From: Planctomycetota bacterium
GTDB taxonomy: Bacteria; Planctomycetota; B15-G4
Length of the DNA: 64,000 nucleotides
Assembly: GCA_965248575.1 (NCBI GenBank)
Contig: CBDFJQ010000002.1
Span: 4,960,001-5,024,000, forward strand
Direction of reading: 5' to 3'
The position numbers and the translations under genes were made by a program. Shown here in pieces: positions 36,690-46,282 of this stretch. The notes beneath the pieces were generated by a model that saw nothing but the letters and a program-made list of their open reading frames with translations, ran no database searches and had not been told where the DNA came from. How positions within the stretch are numbered: the first letter of the stretch is position 1; each line of letters opens with the position of its first letter.

Positions 36690-38120
36690 ATGCATCCGTC
36701 TACCTTTCGTTCCTCGGGCCTCTTGCCTGGCCGCCTGAGCCTGGGGCTCTTGGCCTCAGCCTGCCTGCTCGCCTGCAGCGTCTCGTTCGACGGTGGTGGG
36801 AGCTACTCCGGGGATGGTGTGCCCTACAACGGCAGCACGTCCAGCATCAGCCACTGGAACGGCACCGTGAAGCTGGAGATGAGTTGGGGGCAGGACGGGC
36901 ACGGATTCCGCTATGAGTGGAATGGGCAGGCGATGCCGAGTCTCACAGCTGATGAAGCAGACTTCGTCGTGCCTGAGGGGGGGCGGCTGCTGCTCGCCGA
37001 GTATCAGGGTGATGAGAAGCTGGGCGGTGTGATCCTCGAGAACGTGGACGGTGTGCTGATCCGCGACTTCGAGTTGGATGGGGTGCCCCTCGAGTACGGG
37101 CCGGAGGGCGCTGAGTGGTTGGGGGAGGCCATTCAATCGGCCATCGCCTACATGGGCCTCGGCGCCAGTTCGCGCGTGCCCCGACTCCATGGCGAAGGAG
37201 GTCTGGCTGCCGTGCTGTCCGACATCGAACAACGGCAGACCGACTCAGCCCGATCCCGCTACTACGAGTTCGTGGCGGAGTCTTCAGTTTTCTCCTCTGA
37301 GGAGATAGCCACCGCCGTGGAACACGCTGGACCCCGCGTCCACTCCGACGCGCATCTGGCCGACGTACTCGAGGATGCAGCAGAGGCTCGACCCGGCGAC
37401 ACGGTGGTGATGCGCGGCATCCTGGAAGCCGCGCCCAACATCGATTCGGATGCGCATCTCACCGATCTGCTTGAGACGCTTGTGGAGGAGGGCGGCGCCC
37501 GGGGCGAGGAGCTGACTCGAATCCTCGAGCTGGCCGCCGACCTGATCGACAGTGATGCCCACCTGGCCGACCTCTTGGAAGAGGTTGCGGTACGTGGTGG
37601 GCTCGAAGGTGTGACCACAGCTGCATTCATCCGGGCCCTCGGCGCGGTGAGGTCCGACGCCCACGCTGCGGACATCCTGGAGGATCTCGTGGCGAGCAGC
37701 GGCGTCTCCTCCGAGTTGCTCACCAGCTTGCTGAGCCGGACGGCGCTACAGATCGCGAGTGATGCGCACTTGGCAGATGTGTTGAAGGACGTCCCGCTGG
37801 CCCGCTTGAAGGAAGCCGGTGTCCGGATGGCATTCCTCGAAGCCGTGCAAAGCATCGCTTCGGATGCCCACGCTGCCGATGTCCTGGAAGACCTCATGAG
37901 CACCAGCGACCACGCGGCGCTGGCGGACTTCGTTCGTGCAGCCGGGGACGGCATCGCGAGCGATGCGCATCTGGCGGACGTCCTTGAGGATGTGAACCCG
38001 TCGACTCTTGAATTCGCAGACGTCCGTCGTGCGATGCGCGATGCGCTGCAGAAGATTGACTCGAAGGCGCACCGGAAGTCTGTGTTGCGGCGTTTCCCGA
38101 AAGGTGCCCTGGACGATTGA
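36690..38120 (+). CDS. Lipoprotein with tandem SDAH helical repeats
   Basis: Lipobox LLAC; seven SDAH(L/A)(A/T)DxL repeats about 35-38 aa apart, plus SKAH and TDSA variants. Confidence 0.82.
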   Translation: MHPSTFRSSGLLPGRLSLGLLASACLLACSVSFDGGGSYSGDGVPYNGSTSSISHWNGTVKLEMSWGQDGHGFRYEWNGQAMPSLTADEADFVVPEGGRLLLAEYQGDEKLGGVILENVDGVLIRDFELDGVPLEYGPEGAEWLGEAIQSAIAYMGLGASSRVPRLHGEGGLAAVLSDIEQRQTDSARSRYYEFVAESSVFSSEEIATAVEHAGPRVHSDAHLADVLEDAAEARPGDTVVMRGILEAAPNIDSDAHLTDLLETLVEEGGARGEELTRILELAADLIDSDAHLADLLEEVAVRGGLEGVTTAAFIRALGAVRSDAHAADILEDLVASSGVSSELLTSLLSRTALQIASDAHLADVLKDVPLARLKEAGVRMAFLEAVQSIASDAHAADVLEDLMSTSDHAALADFVRAAGDGIASDAHLADVLEDVNPSTLEFADVRRAMRDALQKIDSKAHRKSVLRRFPKGALDD

Positions 38121-38779
38121 CGACTGATCGTTCGCTGGGGGGGGGCGTCCTGCCGGTCACCGAGCTGAAGCAGCAGTTTGGCTCCATCGACATCTATCTC
38201 TTTGACCAACTGCTCAGGGGGCGCGTGGCGCCCGGAACGGCGGTGCTCGATGCGGGCTGTGGGCAGGGGCGAAACCTGCACTACCTGATTCGGGCGGGCT
38301 TCGACGTTCACGCCCTGGATCGCAAGGCCGAGCGGCTCGCTTCCCTGCAGGACTGGGCGCGTGAGCACGCTCCGTCTTGGTGCACCCAACGGGCGGTGCA
38401 AGGCCAACTGTCTGCCTTGCCCTATGCCGACTCCAGCTTCGGTGCAGTGCTTGCTTCGGCCGTCCTGCACTTCGCTCGGGACCCGGGCCAGTTCACGACT
38501 CAGCTGAACGAACTCTGGCGGGTGCTTGCCCCCGGGGGGGTGCTCTGGACGCGGCTTGCTTCATCCATCGGGTTGGAGCAGCAGCTCACGGCTCTGGGTG
38601 AGCAACGCTTCCTCCTGCCGGACGGCAGCCAGCGCTTCCTCGTGAGCGAGCAGGATCTCTTGAAGCACACGGCGGATCTGGGCGGAGTGCTGGCGGACCC
38701 CATCAAGACGACGAACGTCCAAGGGCTGCGATGCATGACGACCTGGGTGCTGAACAAGCCAGCGCGACCGTCGACCTAG
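38117..38779 (+). CDS. Class I SAM-dependent methyltransferase
   Basis: IDIYLFDQLLRGR, VLDAGCGQGRN, AVLHFA, RLASSIG, DPIKTTNV. Confidence 0.9.
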   Translation: MTTDRSLGGGVLPVTELKQQFGSIDIYLFDQLLRGRVAPGTAVLDAGCGQGRNLHYLIRAGFDVHALDRKAERLASLQDWAREHAPSWCTQRAVQGQLSALPYADSSFGAVLASAVLHFARDPGQFTTQLNELWRVLAPGGVLWTRLASSIGLEQQLTALGEQRFLLPDGSQRFLVSEQDLLKHTADLGGVLADPIKTTNVQGLRCMTTWVLNKPARPST

Positions 38780-38812
38780 GCTCGGAGGCTGGTCCACACG
38801 GTTCCCAGCGCC

Positions 38813-39295
38813 CTAGAGGCTGAACCACGAAATGCCGGAGGGCCCGGCGCCCAACATGTTGAGCCGGAGTTCGCCGGTGTTCAGGCAGTAGATCCAGCCC
38901 GCGAAGCTCGACGGTCCCGGGGGCATCCGTTCGATGATCAAGATGTCGGAGCGATCGAGGATGGGGTTCTTCGGAAAGGACTGCCGCAGGTAGGGGCCGA
39001 AGCGGCGGCCGGCTTCTCCGCCCGCTGTGGTTCGACCGGTCAGCTGGACTTCCAGCCTCCGGCTCGGCCAGGTGTCGCCGTGATCGATGCGGTAGTACTC
39101 GATGGCCTGGCGCAGGACCGCGAGGTTGGTGACCGCATTGGCTTCCTTGGTCTCGAGCGTGGCAGACCTCATGCGTGGAATGACCACGGCGGAGAGGATG
39201 CCGAGCAGGGTCACGACGATCAGCAGCTCGATGAGCGTGAAGCCCGCGCTGCGCGCTGCGGCGGGTCGCCGTTCTGTGAATGAGGTCACGGGCAT
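38813..39295 (-). CDS. Type IV pilin / GspG-like major (pseudo)pilin
   Basis: Class III signal G|FTLIELLIVV with E5; LRQAIEYY, GPYL...PKNP, GWIY. Confidence 0.9.
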   Translation of the reverse strand: MPVTSFTERRPAAARSAGFTLIELLIVVTLLGILSAVVIPRMRSATLETKEANAVTNLAVLRQAIEYYRIDHGDTWPSRRLEVQLTGRTTAGGEAGRRFGPYLRQSFPKNPILDRSDILIIERMPPGPSSFAGWIYCLNTGELRLNMLGAGPSGISWFSL

Positions 39296-39345
39296 GGATT
39301 GGCGCTCACGGCGTTCTGAGGCAAGGGGTCGGGGACCTATCGAAA

Positions 39346-39387
39346 AGAGCGGCGTGTGGGATGAACTTCAAACCCACACGCCGCTCT
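39346..39387 (-). terminator. Intrinsic terminator of the M36 peptidase gene
   Basis: Perfect 15-bp AGAGCGGCGTGTGGG/CCCACACGCCGCTCT stem ending in a short T run on the minus strand. Confidence 0.8.
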
Positions 39388-39453
39388 CTGAAACTCTTGC
39401 GGAGAATTAGCGGAAGCGCGCCTAGGCGCCCGCCACCCGCCGTTCGTCGCCGA

Positions 39454-42400
39454 TCAGGGCAGGACGAGCGCCTCCAAGGCATTGCTGATCGCGTAGCCAC
39501 CGGGGAGCGCAGCATCCACCGCAGCCGCTTGGATGTAGACCGTGACAGGTCCGCCGCCGCCCGGAACGCTGACGCTCACGAAGCCACTCGGGTCCGCCAC
39601 GCGCACGAGGGTGACCAGAATGGGTAGCGGCACCAACGTCCCGCCTTCGAAGGGCGTGGGGTTGTTGGACAGCCCGCCGATCAGGAACACCAGCCCGTTC
39701 GACGGAGCACCTGTCACCTCCATCGTGGAGAGGTTGCCGCTGGCCAAGGTCTGGCCACACAGGGTTAGTGCCATGGTTCCGGGGCCGCCGAAGCCGATGT
39801 CCGTCTGGCAAACCGTTCCGGCGCTGCATTCGAGCCGCACCACATCGAAGTCATCCACCATGGCCTCCACGATGGAACCCGTGCTCTCATCGCTGGCAAT
39901 GAAGCGCACCTGGATGGTGGAGGTGGGCGCGAGGATGTCGCTCACCGTGAACTCGTGGAAGAACCACCCGCCACCCGTCTCGGGGCCCGTCGGACCGACA
40001 GTCTCCACGTCGAGCCAGCTGGAGCCTCCGTTGTTGGAGATCTCCACTTCGAAGATGTCGGCATTGGGAGCGCCACCAGCGACGTTGTTGTACCAGCGCC
40101 AGTAGCGGATCAAGGCGTCGCCGGAAGAGAGGTCGATGACCGGCGACGTCAGGGTTGTCTGACCGCCGTCCACGTCGTTCTCTCCAACGCTGCCGCCTGT
40201 GCCTTGGCCTGTGAAGAAGCATTCGGTGCCCGACGGGGTGTGGTCGTCGCCCGATTGGGCGCTGGTGCCGAGCGGGTCATCCAGGACCCAGACACCGGTC
40301 GTGGCGTCATCGAAGGGCCCGCCGACCGACCAGCCGGAAGCTGCCTCGAAATCATCCGCGAAGAGCACCGTGGTGCTGGTGAACACCGTGGCCGAATAGA
40401 AGTCCGTGGGCGCCGTGTTAGGCGACGTCTGGACACCGGCCGTGGAGTCGACACTCACGTAGTAGTCGAGGGTGTCGAAGCAGTTGAGGGCCGGCAGGGC
40501 GGCGCTGTAGGTGTCCATGCCCGTGGGGGTCATGGCAGTGGCCGAGAAGGGCCCGCCGTTGATGGACGTGTGTAGCATGCCCGTGCCAGGCAGGGGCGTG
40601 TCGCTGCTAAGCGCGGTGACATCGACGGGGAAGGCCGTTGTCATGCCGGGGGACAACTGGTCAGGCTGTCCCGAGGCGAAGTCGAACACGATCAAGGCCG
40701 GGGTGTCGAAGGCCTCCACGATGCCCGTCGTCGTGCTGCCCGACGGGGAGCTGGCACTGTCGCCCATGCCGCGGTAGGCGAAGCCGCTCCAGAGCTCGGA
40801 GAGATGCGCACCCCCGAAGCCAGCGAGGTCCGCGGCGATGATCGCGTCCCTGGCCTCCAGCATGTTGGGGTTGCTGGGCATGAGCTTCAGCCCGTCCACC
40901 ACCAGCTGCATGATCAGGTCATTGGCCGCGAAGCCCATGCCGCCGTTCCACAGTTCGGAACGGCACTCGAGCAGGGCGTTGGTCCAGATCTCGCCCACGT
41001 TGTGCACCTCGTCGGCAGGGTTGCCGGAGAAGAGGCCGTTGTTGGGGATGCCGCCGGGGATCACCAGTTGTGCCGGGTCGAGGTCCGCGTAGGTGAGGGG
41101 GCTCTTGCCCAGGTCGTGGCTGTAGGGGTAGCGCCGGATGCCGTAGTAGTAGTTCTCGGTCGTTCCCAGGAAGTCCTTGGTGATGTAGCCGCCCATGGCG
41201 TACTCGGCTTCCGGGTCGTCGCTGGCTTCTGCACTCATGCAGACGCCGAAGAAGTCGCCCCAGCCCTCACCCATGCCGCCGGATTGCTCGCCGGAGACGG
41301 TGCCTCCGGAGAGGCGGATGGAGAGGCCGTGGACGTACTCGTGGTAGACGACGTCACCGTCGAAGTCGCCGTCCCGATCGGGCGTCGGCCCGTCGAAGAC
41401 GTACATCTGGATCCAGGTGAAGCCGCCGTCGGAACCGCTGCCGTTCCAGTTGGCGTTGTTTGTGCTGCCACCGTCCTGGGCGTCGGCCGAGACGGGGTCG
41501 CCGCCTACGCCACCGAGGCCGAAGTTGTCGACCTGGAAGTTGGAGGCCGGCTCATCGAACCCGTATCCGTACAGCACGTCGTGGATGTGATTCATGTAGT
41601 AGAAGAGCTGGGTGACCGCCGCGTCCTGGTAGGTCGTGGGGGACTGGGCGAAATCGATGGGGTAGTCGAAGACGCGGTAGGGGCTGCCGGCGGGGCGCGG
41701 CAGGTCGGGGGCGTTGTCGTTGTTCAGGTCCAGGTGCGCGTCGCAGTTGTTGCCGTTGGTCTCGTTGACACCGTCGGGGATCCAGCCTTCAGGGGAGCCG
41801 CTCGTGGCACCCGAGGTGACCAGCGTACGCGTGGTGAGCGGGAACTGCGTGGTGCCAGGTGTCGAGAGACCCGGGCTGCCGGGTGCGGGGCTGTCGCCCG
41901 TGAACACGTTGTAGGAAGCCGATTCCGAACCACCCACCAGGTACTTCAGGCGGTTGTCGCGGCGCAGGACGCTGCCGTCGATGGCGTCGACCATGATCTC
42001 GTAGGTGTTTCCGACTCCGTGTTCTGGGAGGACGACGACCCATGCGGGATGCAGGTTCAGGCGGTCCATGGGGAACAACACCAGCTCCGTCGTGACGGGG
42101 GTGTCCGCGCGGAAGTCAGGGCTCTGCGCCCAGGTCTGCAAGCTGCTCAGCCCCTGGGATGGGCCCGCTGTCCTGGGCTCCGCCGTGAGCGTGATGCCCA
42201 CGTTTGCCGCAGCCAAGAAGATGGCGTCGCTTGAGTTGATCTGTGCGCCGGGGACATCAAAGTCGGGATCGGGGCGCGGAACCATCGTGCTGGAGATGTT
42301 GACCAGCTCGCCGAGGCCCGTGACGTTGGCCTTGATCTCGGCGCCGAAGACATCGAGACCATTGACCTGTTGCTGATACGTCAAGTGCGTCAGGCCGTTG

Positions 42401-42843
42401 TGGCGGGTCTGGAAATCCCGTGCCACGCGGGCTGCATTGATCTCACCCGGGTTGATTTCGAACAGCGGCTGGTTGGCGTCGATGAAGTCACGCACGACGC
42501 TCGTCGGCGTGAACGCGGCGATGCTCGGCTCGGTGAGCAGTTGGCGGGTGCTGCGCAGGAAGTGTGGAGTCCCGAAGAACTCGTCCTCGTCCATGCGCAG
42601 ATCGGGGATGCGGCTGCTGAGTTCGGTGAAGGCGGCGTCTCGGGCGACGCGGCCGGCTTCGGTGCGCGTCACGTTGATGACGTCGCGGACACTGGGTAGG
42701 ACCAGGTCTCCGTCGAGGCGGGCGTCGAGGAACGGGAGGGGGGCAGGCCCCGGGTCCGAATCGATGTGGGCTCGTTGCGCCGCCAGGGGTGTGGTCAGGG
42801 CAAGAGCTGCGAGGAGTGGCAACGCACGGAGTGCTGCACGCAT
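39454..42843 (-). CDS. Secreted M36 (fungalysin-like) metallopeptidase with FTP/PepSY prodomain, beta-sandwich domains and the shared C-terminal domain
   Basis: Signal peptide; GFDE...NFQ..NFG, HEYVHGLS.RL, GMGEGWGD, GIRRYPYS, EVHNVGEIW. Confidence 0.93.
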   Translation of the reverse strand: MRAALRALPLLAALALTTPLAAQRAHIDSDPGPAPLPFLDARLDGDLVLPSVRDVINVTRTEAGRVARDAAFTELSSRIPDLRMDEDEFFGTPHFLRSTRQLLTEPSIAAFTPTSVVRDFIDANQPLFEINPGEINAARVARDFQTRHNGLTHLTYQQQVNGLDVFGAEIKANVTGLGELVNISSTMVPRPDPDFDVPGAQINSSDAIFLAAANVGITLTAEPRTAGPSQGLSSLQTWAQSPDFRADTPVTTELVLFPMDRLNLHPAWVVVLPEHGVGNTYEIMVDAIDGSVLRRDNRLKYLVGGSESASYNVFTGDSPAPGSPGLSTPGTTQFPLTTRTLVTSGATSGSPEGWIPDGVNETNGNNCDAHLDLNNDNAPDLPRPAGSPYRVFDYPIDFAQSPTTYQDAAVTQLFYYMNHIHDVLYGYGFDEPASNFQVDNFGLGGVGGDPVSADAQDGGSTNNANWNGSGSDGGFTWIQMYVFDGPTPDRDGDFDGDVVYHEYVHGLSIRLSGGTVSGEQSGGMGEGWGDFFGVCMSAEASDDPEAEYAMGGYITKDFLGTTENYYYGIRRYPYSHDLGKSPLTYADLDPAQLVIPGGIPNNGLFSGNPADEVHNVGEIWTNALLECRSELWNGGMGFAANDLIMQLVVDGLKLMPSNPNMLEARDAIIAADLAGFGGAHLSELWSGFAYRGMGDSASSPSGSTTTGIVEAFDTPALIVFDFASGQPDQLSPGMTTAFPVDVTALSSDTPLPGTGMLHTSINGGPFSATAMTPTGMDTYSAALPALNCFDTLDYYVSVDSTAGVQTSPNTAPTDFYSATVFTSTTVLFADDFEAASGWSVGGPFDDATTGVWVLDDPLGTSAQSGDDHTPSGTECFFTGQGTGGSVGENDVDGGQTTLTSPVIDLSSGDALIRYWRWYNNVAGGAPNADIFEVEISNNGGSSWLDVETVGPTGPETGGGWFFHEFTVSDILAPTSTIQVRFIASDESTGSIVEAMVDDFDVVRLECSAGTVCQTDIGFGGPGTMALTLCGQTLASGNLSTMEVTGAPSNGLVFLIGGLSNNPTPFEGGTLVPLPILVTLVRVADPSGFVSVSVPGGGGPVTVYIQAAAVDAALPGGYAISNALEALVLP

Positions 42844-43012
42844 GGAGGGATTCCTGCTCGGGGAAGAGGCCACAGAGCTGAGGCCTGGTGCGGGGGAGTG
42901 AGGAGAAGAGCGCGCAGACCTGCGGGAGACAGGCTTCGGGAACTGCGCGGGAGGGCGATGCTACCACGGCTTTTTTGGGCCATGGGGCGAATCAGGGGGG
43001 CCTAAGGGAGGC

Positions 43013-44434
43013 CTAGGGGTCGTCGCCGCCCAGGTAGCCCAGGGCTCTCAGGGCCTCCTGAGTGCTCGCATCCAGTTCGACGTCCTGGCGCGAGTCTCTC
43101 TCACGCGCGGCTCGTTGGCTGCGCAGCCGGCGCCAGTCCGAGAGGCGTCGTGTCGCTTCCTCCCGTGTGGCAGGGGGCGCGTGCTCGTGCTGCGGCTGGC
43201 CGTCGGGATCCAAGGCGAGGTCGAAGATCCGGGCGGGTGCGTCCCTCTGGGTATGGAACAGATAGGTGGCTGTTCTCAGGGCGGCGACGTCGTTCGGCTG
43301 CTTGGCACGATCGATGAAGACGGCGGCAGGCTGGGACCGTTCATCGGGACGCCCTAGGATCCTGCTGGCGAGAGATGCGCCGTCCGCGGCGGGGAGGCTA
43401 GGCAGGCCGCACAGTTCCACCAAGGTGGGGAGCATGTCGATTCCGCGCGTCAGGCCCTTCAGGCGTTGGTTGCCTTCGATGCCCTGCCGCCAGCTGAGGA
43501 TCAGCGGAACGCGCGTCAACTCCGCATGCAGGTTGTCGTGCCCGTGACCGTGATCGCCACGGTCCCAGAATTCCTCCCCATGGTCGGAGACCACCACCAA
43601 CAGGGTGTTGTCCCTGAGCCCTCGCGCGTCAAGGGCGGCGAGCAGGCGCGCGAGTTGCTGGTCGTTGTAGCGGATCTCATCGTCGTAGAGATCGACGAGC
43701 TGCGCCTGGTCCTCCGGGGTGTAGGCGTAGCCTTGGCGCCGGGCGTCTGCGAGGGCTTGAACGCTCCCGGTGGCGGGGCCGGCATAGGGCGCGGCAAAAG
43801 AAGGGATGCCTTCGTGCGCATCGTAGGGTGCGTGGGGGTCGACACTGTGCAGATAGAGGAAGAAGGGCTTCTCCTGCGGCCAGCGGTTGTCGAGCCATGT
43901 CACGGCACTGTCGACGACGCGCTCGGCGTCGAAGACCGGGCCCGCTCGATGCTTCCTGCTGCGGGCGTCTTCGCGCAAGTCGAGCTGCTCGTACACCCTG
44001 AAACCCTGGTCGAAGCCGTAGCGCGCGGCGGTGGCCGTGGTGACGGTCATGCCCGCAGTGGCATAGCCGTGCTCCCTGTACCACTCCGCAGCCATGGTCA
44101 GGCTCTCGGGCACGGTCGACGTGAAGTCGTCAGAGAAGCTGGGTGGGTAGCACCCGCTCAGCAGCGAGGTGACCGAGGGCTGGGTCCAGTTGCTGTGGAC
44201 ATGAAAGTCGTCGAACGCGACCCCCTCCTGGGCGAGGGCATCCATCGTGGGGGATGTGGGACGTTCGTAGCCGTAGCAACCCAGGTGGTCGGCGCGCAGG
44301 GTGTCCACCATCCAGATGACCACGTGGGGTGGCTCTCCTGGAGCGGGAGCGCAGGCTGCCATCATGAGCGAGAGGGCGGCCATGAGCGAGAGGGCCGCGA
44401 TACGAAGGCAGGGGAAAGACACACGGGCGTTCAT
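43013..44434 (-). CDS. Sulfatase-like (alkaline phosphatase superfamily) lipoprotein, WT.P type
   Basis: MAAC lipobox-like site; VDTLRADHLGCYGY, SNWTQPS..SLLSG, DPHAPY, SDHGEEF, LRALGY. Confidence 0.88.
   Translation of the reverse strand: MNARVSFPCLRIAALSLMAALSLMMAACAPAPGEPPHVVIWMVDTLRADHLGCYGYERPTSPTMDALAQEGVAFDDFHVHSNWTQPSVTSLLSGCYPPSFSDDFTSTVPESLTMAAEWYREHGYATAGMTVTTATAARYGFDQGFRVYEQLDLREDARSRKHRAGPVFDAERVVDSAVTWLDNRWPQEKPFFLYLHSVDPHAPYDAHEGIPSFAAPYAGPATGSVQALADARRQGYAYTPEDQAQLVDLYDDEIRYNDQQLARLLAALDARGLRDNTLLVVVSDHGEEFWDRGDHGHGHDNLHAELTRVPLILSWRQGIEGNQRLKGLTRGIDMLPTLVELCGLPSLPAADGASLASRILGRPDERSQPAAVFIDRAKQPNDVAALRTATYLFHTQRDAPARIFDLALDPDGQPQHEHAPPATREEATRRLSDWRRLRSQRAARERDSRQDVELDASTQEALRALGYLGGDDP
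44363..44398. repeat. 18-bp tandem duplication inside the signal peptide (AALSLM x2)
   Basis: CATGAGCGAGAGGGCGGC CATGAGCGAGAGGGCCGC. Confidence 0.8.
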
Positions 44435-44494
44435 GGCGACAGCGCAACCGGGGCGAGACCCGAACGCAAGGTTTTTTGGCGAGAGGTGTTCGGC

Positions 44495-46111
44495 TCAGGG
44501 TGCGATGCCTTGCACGGCGTTGCTGGCGGCAAGCCCGGCCACAGCGCTGGAATCGGCCAGCCAGCACTGGATCCAGGCGGACGCCCCCGTTGGCATGCCA
44601 TTGGGAAAGGGAGCCTGGAGACTCTGGACGCCGCTGCTATCCGTCGCGCCGAAGAGCATGACGTCCAGCGCAGGGACCAAGGTGCCCCCTTCGAAGGGCA
44701 GTTGGAGCAGGCTGAAGCCCGCGATGTTGTAGATGAAGCTGTTGGGCTTGGCGTTGCTCAAGCTGAGCGCGAAGGGCGTGCCGGGAATCATGCTGCTGTC
44801 CACCTGCAGCAGGGGCTCTCCGGTCAGGCCCGCAAGCCCGAAGCCCAGGTCCTTCCAGGAGCGCTTGAGCCAGACGGCGCATTCTTCGCCGATACCGCCG
44901 GGGCGCGCGAAAGCCTGTGCGCCGTTGCCCAGCAGGACGCCTGGCTGGTCGACCGTCGCGCCGCTCACGGCGTCTACCCAATGCAGGTCGTAGAAGCCGC
45001 CAAGCATGGCATCCAGCCCGAGGTCGCCGTTGTCGGCGCCTGCATAGGCAATGTAGCTGGACGGCTCGTCCGCAAGCACCCATTGCGTCCCGGCGTGGGT
45101 CAGGTCATCGCGATTGAGCATGCGGTAGAAATCCGTGCTCTCGAAGAACGACTGCACGATGCGGCACTGATTCAGCAGGGTGGTCGAGGTGTTGGCGATG
45201 TCCTCGCCGTAGACCATTGGCATGACGCCCGCCATGGACGTGTCCCACAGGAAGAGGCGGATGTCGTCATCGCTCGCGGTCTTCGTGAAGTTGGCTTCGG
45301 TGTACATCGTGAAGTAGCCGTTGCCGTTGGGCCCCGCGGCTTCCCCCAGGCTTCGTGCCTGAAGAGCGCCCGCATGGACGTTGGCCGCAGGTGTGTCGTA
45401 GTGCATGGAGTAGTGCGTGAGGTCCGTGGGGCTGCTCCAGGACTTGAAGGTCGTGCCGGAGTGGTGGTGGTTGCCCACGATGTGCTTGTGATCGTCTGCA
45501 TCCAGCAGGATGGACGCGATGGCGTTGGCCTTCAGGTGGCTCATCGCTTCTTCGGATTCCTCGGACACCAGCCAGATCAGGTTCGGGTGGTGCTCGAACT
45601 CGTCCACGATGGCGCGCAGGAACGCGTCCTCCTCGGTCCCGACGAGGTTGCCCGTACTCCAGATCCTGGCGCTGTCGTCATAGATGAACAGGTAGATGAG
45701 GATGTCCAGGTCTTCGCAGCGCTGGAGCCAGCCTTCCCACTGATCGAGGATGTCCTGGTCGAGCCCCTGGGCCGGGTCCGAGTTGATGAAGGGGTTGTGG
45801 TCCGAGGAACCATCTCCGCCATGGCTCCGCACGACCTCCAGGTAGAGGGTGGTTCCGCCGTGAGTCTCGAGCTTGTCCAGCAGGGCATCCTGGTCACCGA
45901 CGCGCGTGCCATCCGCCTGGCGTGTGCCCCGGTAGAAAAAGTCCTCCGGGTCCCCGGTGCCACAATAGAAGGGGTGCCCGCCGCCCTCGAACTGCAGCCA
46001 CTGCGGATACGCAGGGTCGATCTGAACCTGGCCAGGCAAGGCCTGGGACATGCCGGTCGGGGCCAGGGCGCAAAACGCCAGGGTGATGGGGAGCAGGGGC
46101 ATGCCGCGCAT
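44495..46111 (-). CDS. Secreted clan GH-A-like TIM-barrel protein (DUF4038/apiosidase-like) with a collagen-binding-like domain and the shared C-terminal domain
   Basis: Signal peptide; NLIWLVSEESEE acid/base-like motif, YTEA nucleophile-like motif, YDLHWVDAVSG. Start uncertain (46102-46147). Confidence 0.7.
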   Translation of the reverse strand: MRGMPLLPITLAFCALAPTGMSQALPGQVQIDPAYPQWLQFEGGGHPFYCGTGDPEDFFYRGTRQADGTRVGDQDALLDKLETHGGTTLYLEVVRSHGGDGSSDHNPFINSDPAQGLDQDILDQWEGWLQRCEDLDILIYLFIYDDSARIWSTGNLVGTEEDAFLRAIVDEFEHHPNLIWLVSEESEEAMSHLKANAIASILLDADDHKHIVGNHHHSGTTFKSWSSPTDLTHYSMHYDTPAANVHAGALQARSLGEAAGPNGNGYFTMYTEANFTKTASDDDIRLFLWDTSMAGVMPMVYGEDIANTSTTLLNQCRIVQSFFESTDFYRMLNRDDLTHAGTQWVLADEPSSYIAYAGADNGDLGLDAMLGGFYDLHWVDAVSGATVDQPGVLLGNGAQAFARPGGIGEECAVWLKRSWKDLGFGLAGLTGEPLLQVDSSMIPGTPFALSLSNAKPNSFIYNIAGFSLLQLPFEGGTLVPALDVMLFGATDSSGVQSLQAPFPNGMPTGASAWIQCWLADSSAVAGLAASNAVQGIAP

Positions 46112-46282
46112 TGCGAGTCTCAGGCATCGAAGAGAAGAACGGATCACGGGAGGTGATCCAGAAGCCTATCCCCAAAAATCGAGGGACGAGATGGGTCGGC
46201 GGGACCGGCCGGTGGGATTCCCGGCGAGGCGTTTCCCCCGTGACAGGGAAAGCGCTGCGGCGCCCGGATAGGATGTCGCGCC

